DNA of 64,000 nucleotides from an uncultured delta proteobacterium (GCA_963850305.1 CAWKKR010000007.1:128001-192000), one strand, 5' to 3'. Shown: positions 39,864-51,115, counted from the first letter of the stretch. Translations and numbers: made by a program. The notes: generated by a model from the sequence alone, not told the origin.

Positions 39864-40009
39864 TCAACGACCAGCGCGGGTTTCAGGACCGGACGATTGG
39901 ACATGCGTTCGGACATCGAGCGGCTCCGAGACGAAGATTCAGGGGTCAAAAGGCGCGGTCGAACGATGGACGCTGCCACTCGCCGGGCTCCTCGGGTTAC
40001 GGTACCCGC

Positions 40010-41947
40010 GTGGTGCAGAGGGTACCCGTCGGCGACGACCTGCTTCGCGCTCTGGCCGGCGCGACGTTGCCGTCGAACGTGTACGAGGGTGTTTCGTATC
40101 GTCTCGACCGCGCGCTCGGTGCCGGTAGCATGGCCGTCGCCTTTCTCGTCGAGCGACGGTCGCCGAACGGAACCGGCGTGGCCGTCATCAAGATGGCGCG
40201 TCCCGAGTTCGTGCGCTCGGCCGCGGAGACGGCGCTGCTGACGATCCGCAAGGAGTCCGTCGCGCTCGGCCGCCTGAACGAGCGCGTGCCGCCGACGCCC
40301 TTCGTCGTCCGGTTCATCGAGAGCGGCGAGACGGCCATTCAATACGGACCGATGGCGCTCACGCTGCCGTGGCTCGCCATGGAATACGTCCACGGTGAGA
40401 CGCTCGAAGTCCGCATCGATCGCTGCGTGCAGGAGACCGGCGTCGCGTTCGATCCGGAACGGTCCGCGGCCTGCATCGAGGCCATCGCGTCGGGCCTGGA
40501 CGCGGTGCATTCGGTGGACGTGATTCACCGCGACATCAAGCCGAACAACGTTCTTTGTTGCGGCGTCCCTCCGGACGAAGCGTTCAAGATTTCCGACTTC
40601 GGGGTCGCGCGTCCCGTCGGGTTGCGCCAGACGTTCATGCAAGGCTCGATGGGGACTCCCGGGTACGCGTCGCCCGAGCAGATCATGATGGAGGAGAAGA
40701 GCATCGGGCCCGCGTCCGACGTCTTCAGCCTGGCCGCGACGGCTTTTTCGATCCTGACGGGCGAAGAGCTCTTCGTCGGGGACAACGTGATGCGCATCCT
40801 CGAGCGGGCGCGTGCGCGCCAGCGGCGGAGCATCCGGGATTGCGCCGGACTCTGCGAGGAGCTGCGGTCGCGACCGAACGCGTGTCACGCCATCGACGCG
40901 GCGATCGCGCTCGGCACGGCACCCGACGCGCGTGATCGGCCGCAAACGGCGGGGCTCTTCGGCGCCATGATCACCAACGTGCTGCGGAGCGACAGCCTCC
41001 GTGGCGAAGCGCCTCCGTCGCGAAGGCTCCTTGCCGACCGCATCGCGGTGCGTCCCTCGTCGAGCTGGAACTGGAAGGTGCGGCAAGCACCGGGCAGCGA
41101 TCGGACGATTCGCAGCGTCGCGTGGGACGCTGCGGGCGCGTGTCTGGCAGCGACGACGGGCGGTCTCTCCTACTGGAACGGTACCGACTGGAAGGAAGTT
41201 CCGCTCGATCGCGAGATCGCGCAGGCGGTGCGCTCCGTGCATCACGTGAGCCCGGGACATTGGCTGGTCGGCGGCGATCAGGGCCTCTTCGGCTACTACG
41301 TGACGCTCGAGGGCTTTTCGCGGCTGAGGCGCCCGCGACTTCCCGCGACGTTCGAGGCGGTGAGCGGTCACCCCGACGACATCGCGGTCGCCATCGGTTC
41401 GTATGAGGACCAGGGGCCGCTGCTCTGGGGCATGTCCGGCAAGCGCTGGCTCCGTGAGCTACCGATACCCGAGGCCGCGTCGCTCATGGGCTTGTCGCGC
41501 TTCGACGAGGAGCGCTGGATCATCGTCGGGCGGCGACGTGGCGGCGGTGCCTTCTGCGCGCTCTACGCACCGCTCCGCTGGGAAACGTATCCGTTTCGCG
41601 CGGCGAACGTCCGGACCTTCACGGCCTGCGCCGCGGTTGCGGAGGTTGGCGTCGGGGTGGTCGTGGGCGCCGACGGCGCCACGCTGCGCGTCAATGCCGG
41701 CGCGATCGAAGAATCGACGGTGCCCGGCAATCCTGATCTGTCCGCAGTCGTGGTCGAACCCAATCAGCGCGCCTGGACGACGAGCCTCGGGCGCATCTGG
41801 GTCCAGACCCCGCAGGAGCCCGAGCGCTGGTCGCGCGCCTGGGAAGACACGACCTGGCAAGTGCCGATCATCAGCCTCTTTTCCGACGGAAGACGCGTAC
41901 TCGGCGTTGCCGCCGATGGGGCCGTGATCGAAGGGTGTGAGTATTGA
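40010..41947 (+). CDS. Hanks-type Ser/Thr protein kinase with C-terminal beta-propeller-like region
   Basis: LGAGSMA, VIK, HRDIKPNN, DFG, GTPGYASPEQ, DVFSL. Confidence 0.95.
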   Translation: MVQRVPVGDDLLRALAGATLPSNVYEGVSYRLDRALGAGSMAVAFLVERRSPNGTGVAVIKMARPEFVRSAAETALLTIRKESVALGRLNERVPPTPFVVRFIESGETAIQYGPMALTLPWLAMEYVHGETLEVRIDRCVQETGVAFDPERSAACIEAIASGLDAVHSVDVIHRDIKPNNVLCCGVPPDEAFKISDFGVARPVGLRQTFMQGSMGTPGYASPEQIMMEEKSIGPASDVFSLAATAFSILTGEELFVGDNVMRILERARARQRRSIRDCAGLCEELRSRPNACHAIDAAIALGTAPDARDRPQTAGLFGAMITNVLRSDSLRGEAPPSRRLLADRIAVRPSSSWNWKVRQAPGSDRTIRSVAWDAAGACLAATTGGLSYWNGTDWKEVPLDREIAQAVRSVHHVSPGHWLVGGDQGLFGYYVTLEGFSRLRRPRLPATFEAVSGHPDDIAVAIGSYEDQGPLLWGMSGKRWLRELPIPEAASLMGLSRFDEERWIIVGRRRGGGAFCALYAPLRWETYPFRAANVRTFTACAAVAEVGVGVVVGADGATLRVNAGAIEESTVPGNPDLSAVVVEPNQRAWTTSLGRIWVQTPQEPERWSRAWEDTTWQVPIISLFSDGRRVLGVAADGAVIEGCEY

Positions 41948-41950
41948 CGG

Positions 41951-42511
41951 TCAGCGGGCCCAGAGCAGTCCGAGCGCGAGCTGGATCGCGTCGAACGGCT
42001 CCGCCCGGACGACGGCCTCGTCCGCATGAGCCCCGACGAGCCGGTACGTCGCGCCGTCCAGGCGATAAATCTCGAGCAAGCGGGCGATCGGCTCGATGAG
42101 CCAGATGTGCGCGACGGACTCGCGCCGGTAAGCGGGGAGCTTGCGAGTGCGATCCTTCACCTGAGTCCCGGGCGAAAGGACTTCACAGAGCCAATCGGGC
42201 GCGAGTTCGAAATAGGCCGCATCCGGGAGGACCGGCATTCGCTCGCGACGCCAGCCGGCGAGATCGGGCACGAGGATGTCCGCGCCGAGGTGCAGCTCGG
42301 GCTCGTCCAGAAAGACCCATCCACCGGGTCCGCCGCGGCCACGCCGAAACGGAGGACCGAGCTCTTCCCCGAGCACCGTGGCAGCGAGGGCGTGCGGAGC
42401 CGCGGGTCGAGGCTGGGTTTCGAGGACTCCGTCGATGACTTCGGCAACCCTGTGCGGCGGCGCCTGGAGGACATCCTCGTAAGTGGCCCGGCGCGGGGCT
42501 GCACTACTCAT
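41951..42511 (-). CDS. Uma2 (DUF820) family endonuclease
   Basis: AEVIDG, EPELHL, VPDLAGW, APDWLCEVLSP, KLPAY. Confidence 0.93.
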   Translation of the reverse strand: MSSAAPRRATYEDVLQAPPHRVAEVIDGVLETQPRPAAPHALAATVLGEELGPPFRRGRGGPGGWVFLDEPELHLGADILVPDLAGWRRERMPVLPDAAYFELAPDWLCEVLSPGTQVKDRTRKLPAYRRESVAHIWLIEPIARLLEIYRLDGATYRLVGAHADEAVVRAEPFDAIQLALGLLWAR

Positions 42512-42603
42512 GCGACCATTGTCGCACGATCCCCGGCCGTTCGCCCCCGGTTCTCGGACTCCGAGCCGTCGTCCCGGAGGCGTGAGCTATAGTCGGCTCT
42601 GCG

Positions 42604-44424
42604 ATGAGAGTCGTCCTGCTGTATCCGCCGCCTTGGAAGATCCCTGGCCCCGGCGAGCCGCGTGATGCCGAGGACGGCCCTCCCAGGGATTACCGCGACG
42701 GGGATCTCGACGCGGATTTTCACCAGACGCCATACGGCTTGTTCTCGCTCGGCGCTCAGGCCATGCGCGCAGGACACGCGGTCAAGGTGTTCAATCTGTC
42801 CGCCTTCGCATGGTCGGACGTCGAAGCGGTCGTGGGGGCGCTCGACGCAGACGTGTTCGGCATGTCGTGCTGGACGGCCAATCGTCGAGGCGTCGCGCTC
42901 GTCGCAAAGCTCGTTCGAAGGTTGCACCCCCGCGCGCACATCGTCGTCGGCGGTCCGCACGCGACGCCGCTCGCCCCCGAGATGCTCCAGCACCATGCGG
43001 AGATCGACACCGTCGTGACGGGGGAGGGCGACGTCACGTTCCTCGAGCTCATCGAGCGGCTGGAAGCGGGCGCGTCGACGCAGGGTATCGCGGGCACCGT
43101 GTATCGCGACGGCACTCGCATCCTGCGCGGACCGGAGCGACCGTCGGTCCCGGACCTCGATTCGCTCGCGTCGCCGCACGACTACTTCGCGACGCACATC
43201 GTGATGACGTCGCGCGGTTGCCCGTGGCAGTGCACGTTCTGCGGCGCCGAGACGACCTGGGGCCGCGGGTTTCGCGGCTAGTCGGTGCCCGCCGTGCTCG
43301 ATGCGCTCGAGCGCGCGCTCGCGCGGCTCCCGGTGCGGATGATCCAGATCAAGGACGACACCTTCACGACGAACAAGAAGCGCGTCCTCGAGATCTGCCG
43401 AGGCATCCGCGAACGCAAACTCGAGTTTTTCTGGAGCTGCGACACGCGCGTGGACGTGCTGTCGGACGAGCTCCTCCGCGAAATGCGCCTCGCCGGCTGC
43501 CAGCGACTGAGCCTCGGCGTCGAGTCCGGATCGGCGGCGATCCTCGACGCGATCGACAAGAAGATCACCGTCGAGAAGATCCTCGAATCGACCGCGCTCG
43601 CGAAGAAGTACGGCATCAAGGTCCGCTACTACATGATGCTCGGCAACCGCGGCGAGACGCGCGCGACGTTCGAAGAGACGCTCGCCTTTCTCGAGCGTGC
43701 GAAGCCGCACCAATACATCTTCTCGTGCCTGTCCATTTACCCGGGCACCCTCGACTTCACGGATGCGGAAAAGGCGGGCTGGCTCGACCGCGAGCAATAC
43801 TTCACGGGCGACTTCCAGGAGCTGAAGACCCCGTTCGACGCTTCGCCCGAAGACACGGAGCTCATGAGCACGTGGTTCGCCGCGAACAAGGGGCTACGCG
43901 AGGCGTATCGCCCCTCGGTGAGCGAGTGCGCCGGGATCCTCGAACGGCTGGGCGAGCACCACGCCGCTCACGCGGATCTCGCCGACGCTCATTTCCGGGA
44001 AGGCCACCTTGCGAGCGCCGAGAAGCACGCGCGCCGCGCGCTCGAGCTCGGGTACCCGATCCCGGGCCTCGCGTACAACACGCTCGCGTGCATCGCGGCG
44101 GCGCGCGGCGATCACATTGCCGTGGAGGAGCACTTGCGCCAGGCGCTCCGGCGCGATCCGCAGCACTGGCTCGTCGCGAAGAACGCGGAGCTCTTTCACT
44201 CATTCCTGCGTCGCGGAGGCAGCGCGCAGGGGGCCCTGCCGGCGCTCACCGCGGGCCACTCGTTTCAGCTCTTCGAGCGCACCGCCCAGCCGACACTCCC
44301 TGGGCCCTTGCCGGAACGCTTCGCGGACTGGACCGATCCCGAGTCGGGCGGCGTGCGTCCCTCGCCGAAGATCACTCGCTTCGACTGGAAACCCGACGCT
44401 CGCGTGCGGTTGCCCGTGTTGTGA
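42604..44424 (+). pseudogene. B12-binding radical SAM protein with TPR-like C-terminus, interrupted by an in-frame TAG at 43279-43281
   Basis: B12 domain (VVGGPHAT, GEGD), SRGCPWQCTFC, TAG, then DDTF, LGVESGS and YPGT in the same frame. Confidence 0.85.
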
Positions 44425-44435
44425 GTCCTCGGTCC

Positions 44436-44465
44436 GCCGGCGGTGCAAACGTTTGCGTCGCCGGT
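44436..44465. promoter_or_regulatory. 30-bp palindrome with LacI-family operator-like core GCAAACGTTTGC
   Basis: GCCGGCGGTGCAAAC|GTTTGCGTCGCCGGT, ~25 nt before the next gene. Confidence 0.4.
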
Positions 44466-44489
44466 GCGGCTCGCATACGCAAGAGTCGA

Positions 44490-45955
44490 GTGAGGCTCGA
44501 TCGCGGAGGACCATCGGCGTGGCGCGCTCGGGTCACGCCCGGTGCGGTGCTCGCGTTCGCCAGCGTCGCCGTGATCGCCCTGCACACGGCGAGGATCGTC
44601 CGAGCGGCGTGGCTCGGCGGCCAGTTCATGGGCGATGACCTCGTCAGCTTCTGGCTGGCGCACGTGTCGTCGCTGTCGAAGTTCGTCCTGATACCCATCG
44701 ACGTGCACCTCGTTCCGGCTCATCGCCTGGTGACCTGGCTGCTCTTTCGAGCGCTACCCATGAATTTCGGCGCGGCGCTCGCCATCTTGCTGGTTTTACA
44801 CGGCGCGGGCATGTGGGTCCTCTTTCAGGTCCTCCAGCTGATCCGAGCGCGTGCGCTCGATATCTGGCTGGTCTGCCTGTACGGGGCCAATGCCACTCTG
44901 GCTCCTCTGTTTTACTGGTGGACGTCCGGGATCCATCGCCTTGGGTGGGTGTGCTTCTCACTCGTCGCGCTTTACGCGCACCTGCGGCATCGAATGTCCC
45001 GCGCACCGGGGTGGAATCTCGCGGTGATGCTCGCGACAGCGTGCGCGCTCGGGTTCTATGAAAAGGGGGTCCTGACCCCGCTCTTCCTTTTGACCCTCGA
45101 ACTTGGGATGCCGAGAGACGCGCGGCGAGGTCGGGACGTCTCCACGGTGGTCGCCGCGGCCGCCGTGGTTTCCGTGTATCTGATCGTGTGGCGACGGTTC
45201 ACCGATCCGTCGCTGCAAACCGTGAACCTGCATCCCCGGTTTTTGCTCGAGTTTACGTTCTTTGGTTTGAAGGCCTTCGGTCCCACCCTGACGGGCCTGT
45301 GGATCGGTGGTCCGCCTGTGGCCCGCTTCCTGGCGAACATGGGCGTCGGGCTGCTGATCCTCTACCTGGCCGCCCGAGGTGCCGCGCGAGCAGTCCTCTC
45401 GGGACTCGTCGCGCTCGCGGCGAGCATGCTGGTCATCGCGGCTTCGGCCGCAAAAACCAGCTTTCTGGGGCTGTCTTTGTTGCTCGTGGACCGTTACTAC
45501 TTCGAGTGCGCTTTTCTTTTTTTCGTGTTCCTCGGCGTCGTAACGGCAAGCGCCCGACCTCCGTTGTGGGCCGCGCGTCTCCGCGCGTCTCATCGATGGC
45601 GGTGTTGGGCGTCTCGGCCCTCGTCGCGACATGCGCATTATCCGAGCTCACGATGCGGTACGACATTCCGGGCAACTACGGCTCTTCCGCGCCTGCGCTG
45701 CAGTTCATCACGAACCTCCAGAAGACGCTCGGACGTCTCTCACCACCGGATCTACATCCTCTCTTGCTCCGGGATACCCCAGTCCCGACGTACATCGTGC
45801 CGGTGGGCCGTCTCGTGCGTAGAAACTCGGAGCTCATCGCGTTGATGGGGATCGACGTGCGCGCCAGTCGACGCGGGACCTACCGTGTGGATCCGTCTGG
45901 AGCGCTCGTGCGCGTCCCGCGTCGTGGCTCGCATCGCGTCAGCCGACCACGGTAA
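44490..45955 (+). pseudogene. Polytopic membrane protein (GT-C-like) with a frameshift near 45570-45600
   Basis: FMGDD, H..PAHRL, FYEK and RY motifs with about 11 TM helices; the last TM and soluble tail continue in another frame. Confidence 0.6.
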
Positions 45956-46017
45956 GCCGGCCTCGGCCGCGTCTCACGACGAACGCCCTGCCCGTGCCGA
46001 GGTGCGTCGAGGCCGTC

Positions 46018-46183
46018 CGACGAAATTGTCGTTTCGAGCGAGTAAACGATCCGAGTCGAACGCGAAACGAAGAAAACCGCCAGGATCTCTCCCGCCGAAC
46101 CGTGCGTGAGAAACGGCATCGAAACGACGGAACAGGGTCGACAAGTTTGTAAGCCGCGCACCGGGCCGTCGACGAAATTGTCG
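46018..46183 (+). promoter_or_regulatory. Repeated upstream activator-like boxes
   Basis: CGACGAAATTGTCG at 46018 and 46170; variant CGACAAGTTTGTAA at 46139. Confidence 0.55.
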
Positions 46184-46260
46184 ATGAACTTTGGTGGATC
46201 TCGTTTCGCTTCAGTTTCCGCGAGTGGAGCCCACTCGAACTTCCTGCGTCGGCGTGCGGA

Positions 46261-46276
46261 TGGAACATTCGTTGCT
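46261..46276 (+). promoter_or_regulatory. Sigma54 promoter of narK
   Basis: TGGAAC-ATTCG-TTGCT (GG-N10-GC). Confidence 0.65.
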
Positions 46277-46396
46277 CTCCCGTCGGTCCATGCTCCCCGC
46301 TCCATGCTCACGCAAAGCGCGCCCGCGCCGCCTCGATGCCACCAAGTTCCGCTTCTTTCGGCGTGCACTGCGACTCGTGCGGTCGGAGGGGCGACG

Positions 46397-47698
46397 ATGA
46401 ACGCTCAGAAGGTGGAACAGCTCGTCATCGCCACCGTGGGGTTCTTTTGGTGCTTCCTCATGTGGTTCTCGACGGCGGCCTTCAGCCCGAGCATCGCGGC
46501 GAACTATCACCTGAGCATCAAGGCCCTGGGGTTGCTGGCAAGCTCCGCGATCTGGATGGCGCCCGTCGGTCGAATCCTGGCGGGGTGGGCATCGGACCGA
46601 TTCGGCGCGCCGAGAACCTTTGCCTTCATCCTTGCCAGCTGCGGCCTGATGTCGATTGCGTCGGCCTACACCACGAACTACGAGCTTCTCTTTGCCGAGC
46701 GAATCGCCGTTGCGATCGCGGGTGTCTCTTTCGTGGTCGGCATTCAGCACGTTGCCCAGTGGTTCAACGCGCACGAGATCGGCACTGCCGAGGGGCTGTA
46801 CGCGGGCACGGGGAACGTCGGTGCCGGCGTGGGGGCCTTGCTCCTTCCACGGATCTTTCGCACGGATTATCACAGCGCCTTTCTGTGGCTCGGCGTGATC
46901 GCGATCGTCATCGCGGGCTGGTATCTGCTGCGCGGTCGAGCGGCTCGGACCATGGAACAGCGGGAGCTCGTCCGTCGGCGCAGCAACTTGCGCGACACCG
47001 TGTTCGTCTGGAGCCGCTATATCGCCATCGCGCTGATGTTCGCCTACGCGATGTCGTTCGGCCTCGAGATCTCGATGAACGCATGGCTGCCGGGCTACTT
47101 CACGCGCGGCTTTCACGACGCGATCCTTGCCCTCGGCTTCACGGGGGTTGCAGGGTTGCAGATCGCCGCCGGGACCTTCGCGGCGGTCCAGTCCTTCAAC
47201 GCTTCCCTGTTCCGCCCCTTCGCGGGGTTCATGTCCGATCTCTTTCAACGCAAGGGGTGGACCCCGCTTCCAGTAATCGCGAAGAATCTACCCTACGCGC
47301 CGCGCTTACACTGGCTGGGGATCTCACTCATCCTGATTTCCATCGCGATGGCGGGCCTGACCATCGCGGGGCTCTCCGGTTCGCTGCATTCCTCGGTGGT
47401 CGTCCTGGTCGCGCTCGGAGTCTTCATTTCCTTCGGGACCGGCGGTACCTTCGCCCTGGTGCCGTTGCTGTTTCCCGATCGTCCGGGCACTGCCGCCGGG
47501 TTCATCGGTGGCGTATCGACGGCGGCGGGCATCGTCTATCCCTTGATCTTCGCCAGCGGTACCAACATCCACATGGGTTACGCCTCCGTCGCCCTTTACA
47601 TGTTCCTGCCGTTCGTTGGCTTCTACTTCTGGGCGGCGCGCTACGAGCGCCATCCTGAAGAGCACGGCGTGCTGACGCAGATGCTCGCCAGTGATTAG
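46397..47698 (+). CDS. narK: NarK/NRT2-family nitrate/nitrite MFS transporter
   Basis: GRILAGWASDRFG, SFVVGIQHVAQWF, GTAEGLYAGTGNVGAG, GTGGTFALVP; GGAGG RBS. Confidence 0.85.
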   Translation: MNAQKVEQLVIATVGFFWCFLMWFSTAAFSPSIAANYHLSIKALGLLASSAIWMAPVGRILAGWASDRFGAPRTFAFILASCGLMSIASAYTTNYELLFAERIAVAIAGVSFVVGIQHVAQWFNAHEIGTAEGLYAGTGNVGAGVGALLLPRIFRTDYHSAFLWLGVIAIVIAGWYLLRGRAARTMEQRELVRRRSNLRDTVFVWSRYIAIALMFAYAMSFGLEISMNAWLPGYFTRGFHDAILALGFTGVAGLQIAAGTFAAVQSFNASLFRPFAGFMSDLFQRKGWTPLPVIAKNLPYAPRLHWLGISLILISIAMAGLTIAGLSGSLHSSVVVLVALGVFISFGTGGTFALVPLLFPDRPGTAAGFIGGVSTAAGIVYPLIFASGTNIHMGYASVALYMFLPFVGFYFWAARYERHPEEHGVLTQMLASD

Positions 47699-47768
47699 GT
47701 CTTTGGACAATGTCGAAGTGTTGATTGGCTCTCCGGAGAGGAGCGCCACGGAATGGAGAGGTTTGCCC

Positions 47769-47927
47769 ATGATGACGTCCGAATCCAGCGAACCCGTGCA
47801 CCACGAGCCCTGGTACAAATATGGAGTGCTGGTGCTTTTCACGGAGATGGTCATCGCGATCGCCGTCAGCGGCTATTCGCTGTACATGACGTTTCACGGG
47901 CTCGGCGGATTTCCCGGAAAGCACTGA
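47769..47927 (+). CDS. Small single-TM protein downstream of narK
   Basis: GGAGAGG RBS, 52 aa, one hydrophobic helix. Confidence 0.65.
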   Translation: MMTSESSEPVHHEPWYKYGVLVLFTEMVIAIAVSGYSLYMTFHGLGGFPGKH

Positions 47928-47964
47928 CCGTGAGCGACTCACGGACGGGATGGGCGGGCGCGAC

Positions 47965-48402
47965 TCAGCGGCCCATTGCCCAGGCGTCGCCGATCTCGAG
48001 CTTGTATTTGCCCCCGCTGCGGAGTTCGATTCCCTTCACGAGTTGTTCGCGGTGGTCATGGGCCACCGCCAGGAAGTCGTAGCGCGCTTCCTGGAAGACG
48101 AGCCCGTGGAAGGTCTGGCCCGCCTGGATGCCGGCGTTGCCGAGCTGATCCTCTCCCCAGAGTGCGAGGTCTTCGTCCGAGCCCGGCTTCACCCCCGCAG
48201 CCGCGGCCGCGTCGACCGCCGCGGTCCTCGCCACGTAAAGCCGTTCGATGGTGACGCCGCTCGAGTTCTTCACCGTCAGGCGTGCGGGACCGTCGCCGCT
48301 CGGCTTTCCGGCGGAATGAAGGACGGACACGGTGCCGCCGCCACATGCGACGGCCACCGCAAAGAAGAGTCCCATTCCGACCATGGCTCGACGCGAGAAC
48401 AT
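47965..48402 (-). CDS. Small lipoprotein, hypothetical
   Basis: Lipobox AVAC; LTVKNSSG.TI..LYV and WGEDQLG motifs. Confidence 0.7.
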   Translation of the reverse strand: MFSRRAMVGMGLFFAVAVACGGGTVSVLHSAGKPSGDGPARLTVKNSSGVTIERLYVARTAAVDAAAAAGVKPGSDEDLALWGEDQLGNAGIQAGQTFHGLVFQEARYDFLAVAHDHREQLVKGIELRSGGKYKLEIGDAWAMGR

Positions 48403-48430
48403 GAGAGAGACTCTATGTTAAGGCAGCCCC

Positions 48431-49069
48431 GTGAGCCCGTTCGAAACGATCTTCGCGCATACGGTGGTCGCGCGCTCGCATCTGTGCCCTGAAATTCAGC
48501 TGCGGCTCATCACGGCTGCCTGTCCGCTCTTTCGGGCGACCGAGGAACAAGCAGCGCTCGCGGGGCTCGTGGAACCGTACTGGGCGTTCTCGTGGGCGGG
48601 CGGACAGGCGCTCGCGCGGTACGTGCTGGACCATCCCGCGCTCGTCGCCGGCAAATCGGTGCTCGACTTCGGTGCCGGGGGAGCGGTCGAGGGGATCGCG
48701 GCGGCGCTGGTCGGCGGTCGCGTGCTCGCCGCAGATATCAATCCGATGGCAGTGGTTGCCGCGCGTGCGAACGCGGAGCTCACGGGAGTCACGATTGAAA
48801 CCACCACCGAGGACCTCGTCGGGACCTTCGAGCGCACGTGGGACGTCGTGCTTGCGGGGGACGTCTTTTACGGAACCGAAATGTCGCGTCCGATCCTCGA
48901 ATGGCTCACCCGCCTGGCCGAGCGCGGAACGCTGGTCCTCATCGGCGACCCCGATCGCGGTTTTCTCGAGACGTCTGGGCTCGAGCCGCTCGTGCGCTAC
49001 GAAGCGCCCGCAGACAACGACGACCATGGTTCGTTCCTGCTGCCCACCATGGTTTATCGGGTGAGGTAG
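48431..49069 (+). CDS. Class I SAM-dependent (protein-lysine-like) methyltransferase
   Basis: PYWAFSWAGGQALARY, VLDFGAGG, LAGDVFY, GDPDR. Confidence 0.9.
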   Translation: MSPFETIFAHTVVARSHLCPEIQLRLITAACPLFRATEEQAALAGLVEPYWAFSWAGGQALARYVLDHPALVAGKSVLDFGAGGAVEGIAAALVGGRVLAADINPMAVVAARANAELTGVTIETTTEDLVGTFERTWDVVLAGDVFYGTEMSRPILEWLTRLAERGTLVLIGDPDRGFLETSGLEPLVRYEAPADNDDHGSFLLPTMVYRVR

Positions 49070-49097
49070 GGGCGCGCCTCGGCGTCAGTCGCCACTG

Positions 49098-51104
49098 TCA
49101 CCCGCGCGCGCGGCGCGTTGCCGTTTTTCGACCGGGCCGATATCCGTCGCGCCGTGCTCCGCGGAGGTGATCGCCGGAGGTTTGCTCGGTGAAGGCGGCG
49201 TCCGCGCGCTTTCTACGCGCGTTCAGGGCGGCCCGCGGCGGCTGCGATGGAATCAGGCAATCACACCCGTCGCCGATGAGGTCCGTTCGCTTCGCGGCCA
49301 CGAGCGCGGCGCGCACGTCGAACCAGTTTTCCGGCTTGAAGAACTGGAGCAGCGCGCGCTGCATCTTGCGGTCGCGCAGAGCTGTCGCCGTCTTCACCGG
49401 CGTCATCGTCATCGGGTCGTAGCCGGTGTGATACATGCACGCCGCGATGTCGAACGGGCTCGGAATGAAATCCTGCACCTGATCCGGCGCGTACCCGTTT
49501 CGCTTCAGGAAGAGGGCAAGCTCGATCATGGCCCCGAGATCGCTGCCCGGGTGGCTGGCGATGAAGTACGGCACCAGGTGCTGCTTCTTGCCCGCGCGCT
49601 CGGATGCGGCGAGAAACTCACGGTCGAACTCGAGGAAGTCCTCCGGCCCCGGCTTCTTCATGAGCCCGAGCACCTTCGGGTCCGTGTGTTCCGGCGCGAC
49701 CTTCAGCAAGCCGCCCACGTGATGCGTCACGAGTTCGCGCATGTAAGTCGGATCGCGTCGCGCGAGATCCATGCGGATGCCGGATGCGACGAACACCTTG
49801 CGGACGCCGGGAACGCGCCTCGCCTCGCGCATCAGGTCCACGAGTGGGCCGTGATCGGTGCCGAGCATCTTGCAGACGGTCGGGTGGACACAGCTCTGTC
49901 GCCGGCACGTGCTCTCCACGGCTTCGTCCGTGCAGCGCATCCGGTACATGTTCGCCGTCGGTCCGCCGATGTCGCTCACGACGCCCGAAAAGCCCTCGTC
50001 TCTCGTCATTCGTTCGATCTCGGACAGCACCGACGCCTTGCTCCGGCTCTGGATGACGCGGCCCTCATGAGCAGTGATCGAGCAGAACGTACACCCGCCG
50101 AAGCAACCGCGCATGATCTGCACGCTCGTCTTCACGACCTCGAACGCCGGGATTTTGTCCTTACCGTAGGAGGGGTGCGGCCTTCGCGTGTAGGGGAGGC
50201 CGTAGACGAGATCCATCTCCGCTTCGGAGAGCGGCACGGCCGGCGGATTGACGACGACGTGCTCGGTGCCGTGGGCTTGCACGAGCGTACGCGCGTTCTT
50301 CGGGTTCGTCTCGCGATGGGCGAGGCGGGTCATGTTCGCGAACGCGATGGGATCGCTCGCGGCGTCTTCGAAGCTCGGGAGTACGACGACGGAAGCCCCC
50401 GACGGCGGGCTCTCGCTCGCGCCGAGACGGTAAGCGACCCCCCGCACGTCACGGAGCGCCCGTATGCTCTCGCCCGCGTCGAGACGCCGCGCGATCTCGA
50501 GCACGCCGCGCTCCCCCATTCCGAAGCCCAGCAGATCCATCTTCGCGTCGAGGACGACGCTTCGCCGGACCGTGTTGCTCCAGTAGTCGTAGTGCGCGAT
50601 GCGGCGCAGACTCGCCTCCACGCCGCCCGCGACGATCGGCACTCCGGGAAAGGCCTCGCGCGCCCGCTGCGAATAAGCGAGCGTCGCGCGATCGGGTCTC
50701 CGTCCGATACGGCCGCCGGGGCTGTAAGCGTCGTCGTTCCGGACCTTCTTGTTGGCCGTATAATGGTTGATCATCGAGTCCATGTTCCCCGCGCTGACGG
50801 CGAAGAACAGGCGCGGTCTGCCGAACATGCGGAACGGCTCGGCCGTCTTCCAGTCCGGCTGGCTCGAGATCGCGACTCTGTAACCCGCGCTCTCCAGCAG
50901 ACGACCGAGCAAGGCCATGGCAAAGCTCGGATGATCGACGTAGGCGTCGCCCGTGACGAAGACCACGTCCACGTCGCTCCAGCCGCGCGCACGGACTTCT
51001 CCGGGGCTCATCGGCAGCGGGCGCGCGTCGCATCGCGCCGCGGAGATCTCGACGCCGCCGAAGGGGCGCTCCTCCGGTCTCGCAAGGATCGGCAGACGGC
51101 GCAT
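49098..51104 (-). CDS. ygiQ: YgiQ (UPF0313) radical SAM protein
   Basis: [47 protein letters not shown]. Confidence 0.95.
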   Translation of the reverse strand: MRRLPILARPEERPFGGVEISAARCDARPLPMSPGEVRARGWSDVDVVFVTGDAYVDHPSFAMALLGRLLESAGYRVAISSQPDWKTAEPFRMFGRPRLFFAVSAGNMDSMINHYTANKKVRNDDAYSPGGRIGRRPDRATLAYSQRAREAFPGVPIVAGGVEASLRRIAHYDYWSNTVRRSVVLDAKMDLLGFGMGERGVLEIARRLDAGESIRALRDVRGVAYRLGASESPPSGASVVVLPSFEDAASDPIAFANMTRLAHRETNPKNARTLVQAHGTEHVVVNPPAVPLSEAEMDLVYGLPYTRRPHPSYGKDKIPAFEVVKTSVQIMRGCFGGCTFCSITAHEGRVIQSRSKASVLSEIERMTRDEGFSGVVSDIGGPTANMYRMRCTDEAVESTCRRQSCVHPTVCKMLGTDHGPLVDLMREARRVPGVRKVFVASGIRMDLARRDPTYMRELVTHHVGGLLKVAPEHTDPKVLGLMKKPGPEDFLEFDREFLAASERAGKKQHLVPYFIASHPGSDLGAMIELALFLKRNGYAPDQVQDFIPSPFDIAACMYHTGYDPMTMTPVKTATALRDRKMQRALLQFFKPENWFDVRAALVAAKRTDLIGDGCDCLIPSQPPRAALNARRKRADAAFTEQTSGDHLRGARRDGYRPGRKTATRRARG

Positions 51105-51115
51105 GGCGCGCGTTC

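Noticed and set aside
42810..44489. N-terminal half of the 1011-aa ORF
   Set aside because: Arg-rich shadow frame over the radical SAM gene; only the part from ~44490 looks like real protein.
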